Source: Lama glama
Lineage: Eukaryota
Direction: 5' to 3'
Assembly: GCA_028534125.1 (NCBI GenBank)
Contig: CM052816.1
Span: 26,042,001-26,106,000 of the forward strand
Length of the DNA stretch: 64,000 nucleotides
Shown here: in pieces, positions 38,728 to 51,829 of the stretch
How the letters are laid out: each line of letters opens with the position of its first letter
Position numbering within the stretch: position 1 is the first letter of the stretch
Translations under genes and position numbers: made by a program
The notes under the pieces: generated by a model
The model's database searches: none
What the model saw: the letters and a program-made list of their open reading frames with translations, nothing else
Told to the model about the DNA's origin: nothing

Positions 38728-40115
38728 GGTTTTGGGCATCCTGACAGATTAATAATTTGGTCCTTTAAAATCATACTCCTTAAATATGTACATTTATTTT
38801 GCAGAGACACTGAGCTCTGTGGAGGAGACAGGTGGCTGCGGATTGGAGGGCCCCTCAGGGTCTGCTGTAAGATCTCAAGCTAGTTGGCTCTACCAGACTT
38901 GAATATTCCATTCAAGCAGAACTGCTTGCAACTGCCTGGCCCTCTTTGGGGAAGTCAGACTCAGATGATGCCTTTTGGAGGAGGGGTGTTGCCACCCTAC
39001 CCCAGGTGTTTCATCCAAACCCACTACTTCTCTCTCTGTGAGAAGCAGTGCGGTAGACACAAGTGTCTCCGTCTCGTGACATCTCCACTGCGCTCTCAGT
39101 GCCGCTGACAGACCGCTGCCTCTGGCACCAGCTGCCCAGCCTGCCCTAAATTCAGCTCTGTTTCTGACAAAGCGCTGTTCAGCAGAGTCTTGTTCATCAG
39201 GTGCTTCCTGTTGCCGGTACAAGAAAGTCATTATTTGATTACATATGTATCTGCAAAGATAGAGTAGTTTTTACTACTTTAGTTCTTCACTTAAGAAAGG
39301 ACTGGTTCTCAATTTTCTCTTTTCTTTTTTTCAGATTTCCTTTTCCCTCCTTTTAAATCTCTTTCCCTACCAGGAAAGCCCAGTTTGACCTCCTGCAGGG
39401 CTTTGCTACCCACATACTAAAACACATAAATTGGAGGAATGGTGTTTTAGGGGAGAATTATTATTTAGGGAGAGGAAGACATAATTTACCTTTGTTTCAA
39501 AATCCACTATAAGGAGACAGGTGATCCTCAGATCCACCCCCTGAATATAGGATTTCTGGCTACATATTAACCTTAATAACATTTTAGTCTTGTTACCAAA
39601 AAATTTTTAAAACTCAGGCATTTGTAATTAAGGGATTTTGCCTGTATTTATTTTATTTCTAATAAACTTGCACTGATTTGATGCAGTAACATTAAAAATT
39701 GTTCAGCAGAAATCCTTCCAACCTCTGTGTTACAGTAATATTCAAACTGTTATTTTTTGTGGCCAAAATCTTTTTATTAATTTCCATAATGAAAAGATCC
39801 TACTTTATTTTATTTTTAAATAAAAAAGTTTGGAAAAAGTAATACTATTTGTTAAATCTAGGTTGCAGCTACATAAGTTTTTATGCTATTCTCTGCACTT
39901 CTTTTAAATATATTAGACAGCTTTCAAATAATTAAATGATATTGGAAGAAAGAAAAAGTAGAATAAGTATCACTGAAATTTCTTTTTCTGTAGACCTGTG
40001 GTAATCAGGAAAAAAATCCTCTCAGTAAAAACCCTTAAATTTTACTTTAAGTAAAAATAATTTTCATACAGGAAAAATGAATATGGGGCAAGAGGACTGC
40101 CATGCCTCAGGTCTC

Positions 40116-40714
40116 TGCTGAGTCCCTGGGACGTGCTCCACCAAGTGTGGGTACTTGGCTTTGCGCAGGAAAGAAGTCAACAGTGAGGGACAGTTGAGTA
40201 AAGGTAGATTTATTTAGAGAGATACATACTCCATAGAGTGCAGGCTGTTTCAGAAGGCAAGAGAAAGGCCTCGGGTGCAGGGTTGGGTGCTTAGTTTAAA
40301 GTAAAAGAAGATACACACTCCATAGACAGTGTATAGACCATCTTACTCAGAAGGGAGAGTGGCCATGAGGTTTGGGGGTTAATTTTTATCGGTTTGGTAA
40401 CTTCATATGCTAACAAGTGGGAGGATTATTCCAACTACTTTGGGGAAGGGCCGGAGAGTCCCAGGAATTGGGCCACCGCCCACTTTTTGACCCTTTATGG
40501 TTGGCCTTGGAACTGTCATGGCGCCTGTGGGAGTGCCATTTACCATGCTAGTAGTACATTACAGTGAGTGTGTAATGAAGCTCAAGGTCCACTAGAAGTC
40601 AGATTTCCCTCATCTTGGGCCTCAACCTCCTTGGGAGTTGAATTTTCCACCACCTTGGTGTTAATTGCCATTATTTCTTGAATGGCTGTGCCCACCTCCT
40701 TCCTTCCTGCCTTA
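40116..40714 (-). mobile_element. ERV1 (MER4-group-like) solo LTR
   Basis: TG start, near-TSD TCTC/CCTC, TTTATT at ~40209, shared core with 24317-24879. Confidence 0.8.
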
Positions 40715-40890
40715 CCTCCAGGGTGGGAGAGATTAACTCAGGGCCATGCCCTCACTTCAGGTCATTACTGCAATTAGGCTTGTCCTCATCGGACCCTATT
40801 TGGAAAAAATTAATGGTTTAATGGTTATAAATGATTAACATGATTTTATTTTGGACTCTGAGCCAGGAGTTTCACTAGAAAATATTCATG

Positions 40891-41069
40891 GAAATGGAGA
40901 ACAAACTAGTGGATACCAGTGGGGAGAGGGAAGTGGGGGCAACCTAGGGATAGAGGAGTAAGAGATACAGACTGCTATGTATAAAATATGCGACAGGGAT
41001 ATACTGTGCAACTCGGAGAACATAGCCAGTATAGGATGATAACTATAAATGAGTATAACCTTTTAAAAA
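40891..41069 (+). mobile_element. L1 3'-UTR fragment truncated at both ends
   Basis: Perfect 14-bp TSD AGAAAATATTCATG at 40877-40890 and 41070-41083; L1 3' UTR text GAGAACAAACTAGTGGATACCAGTGGGGAGAGGGAAG. Confidence 0.85.
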
Positions 41070-42269
41070 AGAAAATATTCATGTTCCACTAATCTCAAGA
41101 GATCGGGTAGAGGCAGCAGTGCTGTTGGCTCAAGACTCAGGCTGGTGTGGGGAGGGGTATAACTGGCAGAGCTGTGTCATCTGGTCAAAGTGCTCTTACA
41201 GCTACACACTCAGGGAGGGAGCCACTGCCTCCAAGGCCTGCAGAAGGTTCTGTTGAAATCCATTAATCTCGGGCACAGAAGGGCAAGTGCAGACAATCCG
41301 TGTGGGATGGGAGAATGTGAGAAGCAGAAGCAGCTGTGTTTTGTTTAAGGAACACAGTTTTTTTCTGAGGCGCAAACGAAAGAAACTGAGAAACAACAAT
41401 AGCTTCAGAGGTTGACTGTGAATATGTCGGTTTCTCTTTAGTCAAAGTAGAAGGTTCGCATTGTTTAATTTGAAAACCCAATAGTCTTGTAAGTCTTGAA
41501 AAACAAAATTCTCCTTACACCTGTGTCCTTAATAGTGATCAGATAAAGGCCCTTCTACTCCAGAGTTCACATACAGTTTTGAAAAGGAAATGACCTAATC
41601 TGGGATTACAAATAAAACCTGAAGAGATACACCTAAACAGCTCACTGAGATTTAACTACAGGTCTTATGTTCACTCAGCTATAGTTAATTATAAAAGAAA
41701 GAAATGTACCAGGAGCCCAACCCTGAGCCAAATTGGGAAATCAGGGAAGTTTGTTTTTGGTATCTTTTGAGTTTCAATGTGGATGCTTTCCCCTTCCTTC
41801 TTGTCCATCCTGTCAGCACCCGTCTCTCTCCTGGCTCCCCTGCCTCCTACGTGTATGTGCACACATTTTGTCCAACCCCTCTGTTCACTTCTTAACTTGC
41901 AGCTCCCAACTCTGCTCAGTCGTTTAGTGATAATTCACCTTGGAACAGATAAGGACACCAGGAGGGACTCCTCAGAGGGGTGGTGTTCAGGACTCAGAGG
42001 AAGGAGAGGAGAGGAGGGTGGGGTGGGCAAGTCGGTGGTGGGTCTGGGAGTTCAGGGGAGGACGCTCCACCTGCTGCCACTCATCGGCCTGGCGCTGATC
42101 TACCGCTTTCCACTCTTGTTGCTGCCACTGACTTCACTTTGCTGACTCAGCTCACTGGATCGTCCTTCTTGTCTTTGTTTACCTCGTATATTCCAAAATC
42201 TCCAGCAAACTGGAAAGAGATCAAAGCAAGCAATTACAAATCTAAATAACTGAAAACCATCATTTATAA

Positions 42270-42437
42270 ATAGGGTCTTGCAAATCCCAAGTGTGGTTCC
42301 AGGAGCAGCAGCATCCACGGCCCCCCTGGGAGCTGCTTGGGCATGAGGAACCTTGGGACAGGCGGCACCCATGGGATCAGAACACGGGGGAACCCCCAGG
42401 AGATTCACATACATTTTGAAATCTGGGAAGTGCCTCT
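42270..42437. mobile_element. MER5-family MITE (degenerate)
   Basis: CAAGTGTGGTTCCAGGAGCAGCAGCATC...CCCCAGGAGATTCACATACATTTTGAAATCTGGGAAG. Confidence 0.6.
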
Positions 42438-43467
42438 CTGGTCCTGGAAACTTAGGGATTTGAATTATGGGTTCTTTCTTGATAATGGAAAATGCTATGG
42501 TGATGTGATGGCTGCTCTTCATACTTAGCCTTAAAAGAAAGATTTGGGAAAGAAATATGAACCCTGAGTGTTCATATTCAAGAGAGTTCTGATGGGGAAG
42601 AGGTAGGGCATTACCAGAGTGTTAAGATACCAGATTTGGAGGAAAGAAGGTTGGATATGAGGATAAGAGAGATTAATTTCAAGCCAGAAGGGTTTTAGAG
42701 TTTGAAGGAAGGAACCCTGGAGGGTTGTAGGGTATAAACAATGTAGGTGAGAAAGGAAAGAAGAATTATTTAGAAATCCAGTTATGGGACTACATATCTT
42801 CTCTGTGGTGTTAGAGAAGTACAGGGTACTGACGTGAGTTATTTCAAAAGTACCTTTTGATCTGGGGACCATGTTTTTTGATGGCAACACCAAGCCTGGA
42901 TCTGACCACATACGTAATAGCTTCAAAGGGTTAGGAAGGATCACACTTTGGAAGCACCATTATCAGATTCGAGACTATGTTACCGTTCAAGCTCTATGAA
43001 ATACACCACCAGGGAACATTCTCCTTATCTGCTGACAGTGAGCAAGACAGTGATGAAGATGGTAGGGTCTAGGCCCATGTTTCCACTGACAGTATCACCC
43101 TTGGCCTAGTATTGGCTGGAGTCTAAAGAAGGATGCACTTGTGCTTTGATCATTTGCTAGTTGTATTATGTTATTCCAGCATCTCTGGGACAAAGATATA
43201 TAATAGTAAAGTGTATTACTGGACTCACTGTATTCTGTTCATCACTAAGCATATTTCAGTATTTCTGGAAAGAATAATTTACAGCATGCAAAGATAAATT
43301 GTTTAAAATATAACTTTCTCAAAACATGCCTAATTGTAAAACTATGTAAAAACACAGTAGTTAATTTATCTGGAGCTCTATGTTATTTGGTAGAGAAATA
43401 GCAGGATCCAGAAATTCCTTCTTTTCCTCCTCAAGATAAAAAATAATAATCTACTCCTGGGGCCCAC

Positions 43468-43910
43468 TGTATTGTTTAAAGATGGCCAGAAAAAAAATTC
43501 ACTTCTCACATGTTTCTCCTACCTCATGATTTTGACGTACTTTCCAGCAAAAGTTGAGGTCTGTGTCACCTTCTCTTGGCATCCAGCAGGTATGGGTGAC
43601 TGTTTGGACCGATGAGGATAGTGGAAATGGTCCCATAGGATTTCTGAGACTAGATCATTCCAGGCAATTTAAAATCTGCTTTGCTTGTTGGAATCCTTGC
43701 TCTTTGAGCTTTCAGCTTCTAAGTAAGCAGTCCTGCTTTAAGGAATTCCAAGTCAGCCCAGATAGAGCATATGGAAGGGCCCTGAGACTACACAGAATCT
43801 CTGGATGGTCCAGCTCCCCACTACTCCAAGCACACCACATAAGAGACCTTGAGTCAGAACCCCCAAATTCTTGACCCATAGAAATTGTGAGAAAAGATAA
43901 AATAATTGTA
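43468..43910 (+). mobile_element. MaLR LTR, MLT1G/H-like
   Basis: TTTAAAGATGGCC...GTGACTGTTTGGACC...GATTTCTGAGACTAGATCAT...CCAAATTCTTGACCCATAGAAATTGTGAGA. Confidence 0.65.
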
Positions 43911-46900
43911 CTTCTTGGAATTAAGTTACTGGCAACAAATAGTTTGTTGGTTCCTGGCCAATGACATTTGGGTTTTCATGCCAGTTTTCTGTGGTAACAT
44001 CTAAATGTGAGATATAATTACTATTGTTGCCATGGGGTGGTGTTATCTAAGTGGTAAGGAAAATCTTGAAGGAAGGGCAAGACAGAAAAATGAAAGATGG
44101 TAGAATGGGGGTGTTGGAATACAGCTTGAGCACAGTAGGAGAAGAGAAAATGGGACACACTTGTGCAGGGATTACTTTGGTCGGGCTAGACAGAGAGCAC
44201 AGAGAACTGGGTTACAGAAAAACGTTCGGGCCAGATTATGGGGGTTATTAAAGAGCAAGTTGAGTTTTGGGCTTTCATCTGTAGACAAGGAAAACTGATA
44301 GACAATTGAGTGTGTGTGGCGGGTGGGGGCATGTTGGGGAGAGTGGTGGGGCTTACCTAATTGCTATGCAGCAGTTCCAGTTGGGCATAATGTGAAATGT
44401 GTCTGATAAACTTCCGTTGTGAATCCCATCTTCGCACAATACGAAAATCTGCTCTTTCCTGCTTGGTCTTCATAATTTGTTTTACATGTGTCGAGGGTAC
44501 ATGCTCACACTTTATAAAAACAGAAGGAATATTGCTCACAGCTGTATTTGGGCCACTCTTACACTCCAGAGATTTCACTTCTTTTTTCTATTTTTATAAC
44601 CATCTTTGTCACTTTCACTTCTTTCTTTTTTCCCCTTTTTTGATTCAGCTGCAGCCGTATCCAATAAAGCACAGTGACAGATAGATGGATCTTACAGAAA
44701 TCTGCTGATTGCTCTCTCTGTAAACCTCAGATGTAAACAATAGAAGGACATTTGTTTCTCTGCCATGTTTCTTTTAGTACATAAAGATGGAGAACAAAAT
44801 CAATGTTAGGAAAAAAATAAAAAAGACTATTATGGTTGTCTCCTGGTTGGCTTTTGGTAGCCATTCTCCCTTAAAATGGGCTTTTATGTTTTGCCTGTTT
44901 ATTTCACTGAGGACAAAAGAATTTCTATTCTTCTAACTTTCAGATTCCTCAGTGAGGAGACTCTAGGGAAAGAAGCCAAAATCCTACTTATTGAAAATTA
45001 TTGTCTTTTTGTTGTTGTTCTGATTCTGTGAAGTACTAAGCCAGAATATGGATCAAAATAACATCTCAAAATTATATGTAGAATATTGAATATGCTAAGT
45101 ACTTGGCTTAATAAAAATCTAAATGTGAAATAGTTTGTTAATTTGAAAAAGCCGGGATATTAACAAAGTGAAGCTCACCGCCCCATCACTCCTTTCCATC
45201 TCCATTTTGATACTCTCACCAGCCCCCAACTAGTAATTGTGACTGACACTGAAAAGAGCTTAGAGTTCACACAATGGATTCTTTCCTGGTTTAGGTTTGG
45301 TTGCACAGATGAACGCTTTGCCTTCAGTTAGCTTTATCTGGACGCCTCCATTTCTTCTGCTTCTGAGTATAACCTTCCTGTTTGTACTTTTCACAGCTGG
45401 AAAATGCATTCCTTGCTCAGTAATGTAAGGCACAGAAATTATGCCTTTGTGGTCAATAGCAGGTGAGTGACTCTGGTCCCTCATGGAGTCAGATGGACAA
45501 GGATCCAAACAGCAATACAGATGGATAATTTCAGCACCGTGTGGTCCCTGGGGGTTTGTACGGCTGGAAAACATTTTCAGCCTCACGTAATAAAAATGAC
45601 AGACAGTCACTCAGCCTACATGGAATTGTATCCTGTCATCTGTACTCAGGAAAATCTCCCTCTAAAGTCAGTGGGGGGTTTTAGACTGAGAATCAGCCAT
45701 AGAATATGTCCCTCTAAGTAAACACAATGGAATCAATGTTTAGCTGAGCAATTCAGAACACATTTCAGTGACATGTACGAGAAATTATGGAAATTCCACA
45801 ATTCCTCTTGTAAGGGCATCATCACATGACTAGGTATCATGGTGGCCACCAGTTTGTCTCTAAGGATGGATGCAAGTGGCTTATTCATAGAATTCCACAG
45901 GGAAAATTGCTTTTCTTTTCTTCCCCAAAAGTTTATTAAGAATCTTATTCTATCACGGAGTTCTATCTGGTTGATACAAGCATAAAGTGCCTGATAAGGA
46001 TTTAAAAATAATACCTTTACTTAATTCTCTGAGGATTTTTGCATAGAATTAATATTGCAATGATCCTGGTGGCTAGACTCAAACGTTATTCCTGTGGACA
46101 GAAGAGAAAACTAGAACAATCATTGGAAGAGTCATTGGAGAGACCCAGAGCCAGACCCAGATTCCAGATTTACAGTTTAAAATGGGAAGAGGGCTTTTTT
46201 ATTCTTCCTCCCCTGACACATGGCATGAGTGCATCCTTCAGATGGTGATGGTGCCAGCTGTGGGTAGAATCACAGTGTTATATAACACAACACTGTTGCT
46301 TATCCTCCTCACAAGAGTCATTCTTTTTAAAGTTAAATTTCTCCTTAAATTTCCATTGTTTTCATTTGGTAGCTTTTTAAGATGATGGCAGAGAACTGAT
46401 CAATACGTTTCAGAGACTCTTACCATATATATTACCAAATACATACGCATTTTATATATGTAAAATATGTTTTAAATTCCACAATGTCCAACATATTTAT
46501 ACTTTAGAATGAATGTGCTTTTTGTATTTTTTGAGACTGTGGGATTGGTGAAGGATTGATGGGTAAGATGCATGGGCTGGGGGAGAGGGGCAGTGACTGT
46601 GCATTGGATGCTTCAGGTTTCAGCATCAGGTTGTTGGTGAAATACGACAAGAACAATAAAATTGATGCCTAGGACCATTGCAAAATGTAGCCTAGATGCA
46701 ACTGTCCTGTTGTAGAACTTTTATCATTACTAGTATTGCTTTATTCCTTCCTTAGAGCTCTCTTCTATTTCTCCCCTTGGTATATTTCCCTTTGTCATTA
46801 GTAAGTGTTCGGTCCATTTTCCATTAGAGTTGAGTTGGATGATGGGCACAGATACGTGTTTCCTCTCCTCTCCACTCTGCCACACTCTGGGACAGTCCAT

Positions 46901-49900
46901 TTTTGGATGCCAGCCCTTGGTACTGTTTGGATGGGCTGGAATACCTGAGCCACGACCGACAGTGCACATGACTGTGCTCACTTTGCTGCCCCTTCACGGC
47001 AGTGCCAGGCTGCTGTCTCCTTTCATCCTTTCTTCCTTTCCTGAAGGGATTCTGACCAGTTCATTCACTTAGATTCTTCTCTTCTCCTTTTGTCAAACTT
47101 ATTCTGGTCTTGCAAAGTCCTTTATAAAAGTGCCAACAACCCACTAATCTTCCTGGAAGATTTGTTGACATTGTAAGTACTGTCTTGCCTGCATCAGATT
47201 AACGTTGTAGTGGATTTGCATAGCCAAGAGGCTGTGAACTAATGAGCATGGAGTGTTAGCTGGGATGCCATCAAAATAGGATGTAGTCACAGATACTACC
47301 CTCCACCAAAACTGCAAGGTTTCAGGATTAAATAGCAAAGTAGATTGCTCGGAATCTCTTCCACCTGCTGCCTGATGGCATTTTGTCCTGTTTTCGTTTG
47401 AAAATGAATGACCCCCAGATAAATGTCTTGACATTCTTTCCTAATACACTTTTGATCCCGGTCACTTGAAGTCCTGTTAGAATCCAAGTATAAAAACAAA
47501 GTGAATAAAACAGATAGCTCTGCTCCTCAGTTGCTGCTTTAAGTGAAGTGAGACGGGTCCCGACACTGCACACTACTGTACTCAGTGCCACTGGGTGCTC
47601 CTTTCCCTGCCAGCACACAGTAATTAAAGAAGAGAGACATCACGGTGGCACTGGCGCTGAGGCACTGTCCAGTTGAAAAGGTCACCTCTGCAAATGAGCA
47701 ATTACCGCTCCCTGCTGCCGCCGACGTTTTGGCTGCAGAAAAGAGCCACAGAAACACAATGCTTGGATAAACCAGCTTTGTAATCTGCTTGTCACAGGTC
47801 TAGTCGTCAGGGGTCTGCCCTGAGTCAGAAAGGATAATGCTGTCGGGAATGGGGAAAGTCAGATGTTAAAAATGGGGCTGTCAATAGAACAGGGCAGAGG
47901 GATATTTCATTTCTTGGTGCCTAGGATGTAGTGGATGGAGCACGGGGCCGTGGCTTCGAAGCCCTCATTATAAACTTTAAATATTTGGGAACTGCTTTTC
48001 TCCGGCAGCCTCAGAGCTTGGTAGCAAAGCTTTGTTGCCTCCGAAATGGGGATTTGAAAAAACTGATTCCGAATGCTAGGGTTAAATTGCCTGTGTTATT
48101 TGCACCTTCTCTAAGAATCAGCAGTTTTATTGGGGATTGTTCTTAAGATTGTTTCATTTAAAACCCAAACCCTCTGCTTTGCTTTAATAGGGGTGGGAAA
48201 TTGAAGCAGTACAGGAGCAGCGGAGGAGGGTTTGGTGGTGGAGCAGCTGAGTGGGGGAGTAGAAGTGTACCCCCAGGAGCTCACAGCTCTTGAGCTTCAT
48301 TCTCTCCACTTGCCCTCCCCGGACCCCAGGTGATTCAAGCAGAGAGGGCTTTTGTTAGCCTCTCTGGAGCTGGGATTTGACCTTGAAGGCAGGTGACCCC
48401 CTCTCCAAGGCAGCCTGATAGAAAATCTCATTTCTCTGCCCACTTGAGTCAAATCCAGAGAAGGAATGAAGACAGTTCTCATCTTATCAGCCCCAAAGGC
48501 AAGATTTTGTTTGATATTACAGACAAAGCCCTGAAATTGCATTTGACAAGAGAGGCCCCAAATAGTGAATCATCCAAGGTTTTGACACATGAATCAGGAT
48601 TTTTCCCTTTGTATTGTAAGGTAAGCTTTCAAATTGTAAGGTAAGACGATCAAGCTCCCTCTGTTTCATAAAGAGGAGGGAGGTGGCTGCCTGTCCCACC
48701 CTCTCCTCCTCAGGATGTCTCCTTCAATACATTATAGGCTCTGTGTTTATACAGAGTCAGGCTTTTGATTTTATAATTCGAAGTCCTGGATCTTCTGACG
48801 CCTAGAACTATAAACACATGCCTCTAAGATTAATTTAGAAGTTCCTCATAGTCATGCAGGATGTAATGTCACGGGGAAAAAAAATTTAAATTGTTCTCTT
48901 GTCTGCCTTTCTGTATGGACTTGTATGAAATTCTTCCCAGACGTTGTTCGTGTTTTCATGCATGCAAATCTTTAATGCCTACTCAGTAGTACACTGTGTT
49001 CTCTCTCATCTGTCCATCAGCTGATCTGTTGTTCCTATTGATATCAGGAAGTCTTTCCTTGGCAGAACTGTTTCCTTTCCCTGATGGTGATCAAGAGAGT
49101 GTGAGGTCCACTGAGCAGGGCAAAACTGTCCTGAGTTACCCCTTCTGTCCATGTGTTGCCAGCCCAGAGGCAACACATGGACAGAAGGGGTAACTCAGGA
49201 CAGTATCACGGGGCGGGGCTACAAACTTAACTCCTTTATTTCCAGCTAGGTAGGTTCTCTTCCTCACCCGTTCCTGTGCTCATCTTTGATGGGGGTTAAG
49301 TTAGAGGGCTCCATCACTCACCCTGCTTCCAACTCTTTCAAGAAAACATTCTCCTAAGTTTGGTTCTTCAAGTTCCATTGATCTCTTCTTGTTTCGCAGC
49401 TTGTCTAAGATGCAGGGAGGTTGAGACGGCAGTTGGTGCTAATGTCTTGGCACTAAAAGCTGCTTTCTTTACAGAGGCTTGGCTTATTTCACGGAGCCTT
49501 GAGTTGACAACATGGAGTTACTATCACTCTTCCAACAGAAACTGAATTTATAAGCTAGTAATTAGTGTTGAACGTTTAATATTTACACAGCTTTACAAAG
49601 TTCACAGCATTCTACCCAAAGAAAAGGCAAAGTAAGCAAAAAAAATTAGATCAGGGAAATGAAATGATAGGAAGTCATGTGAAATCTAAATCATATTTAT
49701 TCATATAGATGAGTTAAGGGTACCCTTCCTTCTGAGTGGTTAATGGAAGTTTTTAGATAACCATTGAGATATTTCTGGGGCATAGTCTTAATGTTTTTTA
49801 TTCAGAAATCATTAATTCTATTACTCTAGAGGTAACACTATTCATTGCTTTGTTGAGTCCAGGTAATGAAACGTAAGGGTTTTGGCATAGATTCTAGTAT

Positions 49901-49903
49901 ATT

Positions 49904-50435
49904 TCTAGGGGAGGAAAAATAATTTTCCTTCTACTCTTCTGAATTCTTGGCTGTGATCTCCTGTAATAAAAGACAGATTAGCAAGAGAAAAACAGACAGA
50001 AGTTTATCAATATGTAAACATCACCTATACACAGGAGGTACCCTGGAAAAAATGAGTGATTCTCTGAGGTGGCCTAAGCCACCAACTTAAATATCATCTT
50101 TAGCTAAAGACAGAAGAATGTGTGTGTGTGCGTGTGTGTGTGTAGGGGCAGTTATGGGAGGTTACCTAGGAAAGCAAGAATAAACAAGGGAGAGGTTTTT
50201 ATGTAGAGTTAAGTCTTTATCCTTCTCCACTGATAAGATTCTCTCCTGATTTAGAGTTATCCTCTTCCTTACAGATGAAGATTGACTTTATAAATGTAAA
50301 AAAAAAAAGTCTCTTACCAAATGGAAACTTCTACTCTGTCTTCAGAAACTCTTTTGTTTCTCAAAATAATCCTGTCAAGAATAATCTTTAAACCAGAGAG
50401 GCATGTTTTGGGGTGGCATGTCTTGCTACCCTGCA
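49904..50435 (-). mobile_element. ERV1 solo LTR, MER34-like
   Basis: TAGGGGAGGAAAAATAATTTTCCTTCTACTCTTCTGAATTC...AAAAGACAGATTAGCAAGAGAAAAAC; TSD TATT at 49900-49903 and 50436-50439; internal (TG)n. Confidence 0.85.
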
Positions 50436-50502
50436 TATTCAACAGCCTGCCTTCTGCTCAGAACTTTTCCTCTTTCTCCCTTTCTTTCTCCTCTTCAAGT
50501 AG

Positions 50503-51062
50503 TTTATTTCTTTTCATTCAATTTATTTTATTTTATTTTTTATTGAAGTACAGCCAGTTTACAATGTTGTATCAATTTCTGGTGTACAGCATAATCGTTC
50601 ATACATATACATATATATTCCTTTCTGTATTCTTTTTCATTATAGGTTACTACAAGATATTGAATATAGTTCCCTGTGCTATACAGTAGAAACTTGTTTA
50701 TTTTATATACAGTAGTTAGTATCTGCAAGTTTCAAACTCTAAATTTATCCCTCCCCACCCCCTTTCCCCCTGTAACCATAAATTTGTTCTCTTATGTCTG
50801 TGAGTCTGTTTCTGTTTTGTAAATAAATTCATTTGTGTCATTTTTTTGATTCCACATATAAGTGATATCATATGGTATTTTTCTTTTTCTTTTTGGTTTA
50901 CTTTAGTTAGAATGATGATCTCCAGGTACATTCATGTTGCTGCAAATGGCATCTTTTTATTCTTTTTTATGGCTGAGTAGTATTCCATTACATATATTTA
51001 TGTCTGTATCTATATATATCATAACGTTCTAATCCAGTCACCTGTCCATGGACATTTAGGTT
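50503..51062 (-). mobile_element. 5'-truncated L1 (camelid-type 3' end)
   Basis: TATTGAAGTACAGCCAGTTTACAATGTTG...; minus ORF 50716-50931 gives an ORF2 C-terminal-like peptide LEIIILTKVNQKEKEKYHMISLICG. Confidence 0.9.
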
Positions 51063-51339
51063 AAATTAATAATAATGCAAAATTACCATCTTATCAGTAA
51101 GATTACTGATAAAGGCAAAGTTCCCTGACCCATCTGTAACCCAGATTCCAGAGGCACTCAAAACCACTATATCCAGGTTAGTGCCTCTCCTTCAGGATCA
51201 CTTTCTTTGTTTACATATGGGTGTGAACAAGTGTGATGGTTTGGGCACAGAAAGCATGTATTTAATTTGCGAATTACTATTATTTTTAAATAAGTAAACG
51301 CTATCACATCCCCAGCTTTGGGCCCCAGCTCTTCGTGCT

Positions 51340-51560
51340 GTCAGGTCGCGCAGGGCAACAATGGGGACAAACTAGCGCCACCGGGCGCTGTGGAAGGCTG
51401 CAGCGCCTCAGCTCCCAGCGGAGGGGGCCGTGTTGGCCCTGATCACGTGACCCGCCTGCTGGCGCCGCGGGTGAAAGTTCAAGAAGGGGGAGGGCTGCTC
51501 ACCGCGACCGGAAACAAGTTGCGCCCGCTCCGGCAGCGACCGGTGGAGGCCACAGTGGGG
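51340..51560. promoter_or_regulatory. Small orphan CpG-rich element with CTCF-like, E-box and ETS-like motifs
   Basis: Sharp local CpG enrichment in a CpG-poor window; minus CAGCGCCCGGTGGCGCTAG (51372-51390); ATCACGTGAC 51442-51451; ACCGGAAAC 51507-51515. Confidence 0.6.
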
Positions 51561-51599
51561 TCTGTCCCCTGGTTTGTGAACTTTTAAAAGGATTAAAAC

Positions 51600-51820
51600 A
51601 TTTCTCGAGTACTTATTAGAGTACTTACTGTGTGCCAGGCATTCTTCCAGGCATGTTCAATTTAAGCGCTACAACAATGCTGAAGGTTGAGTAGTATTTG
51701 CAACCCTATTTTACTTGTGAGAAAACCGGGTTAAACGACTGCGTGCGGTTGCAGAGGCAGCAAATGACGAGGTAAGGATTTGTATCCAGGGTGATACTTG
51801 TAACCTCTGTGCTCTATTTT
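51600..51820 (-). mobile_element. MIR
   Basis: GAGTACTTACTGTGTGCCAGGC...CCCTATTTTACTTGTGAGAAAAC. Confidence 0.7.
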
Positions 51821-51829
51821 TCTTTGACG

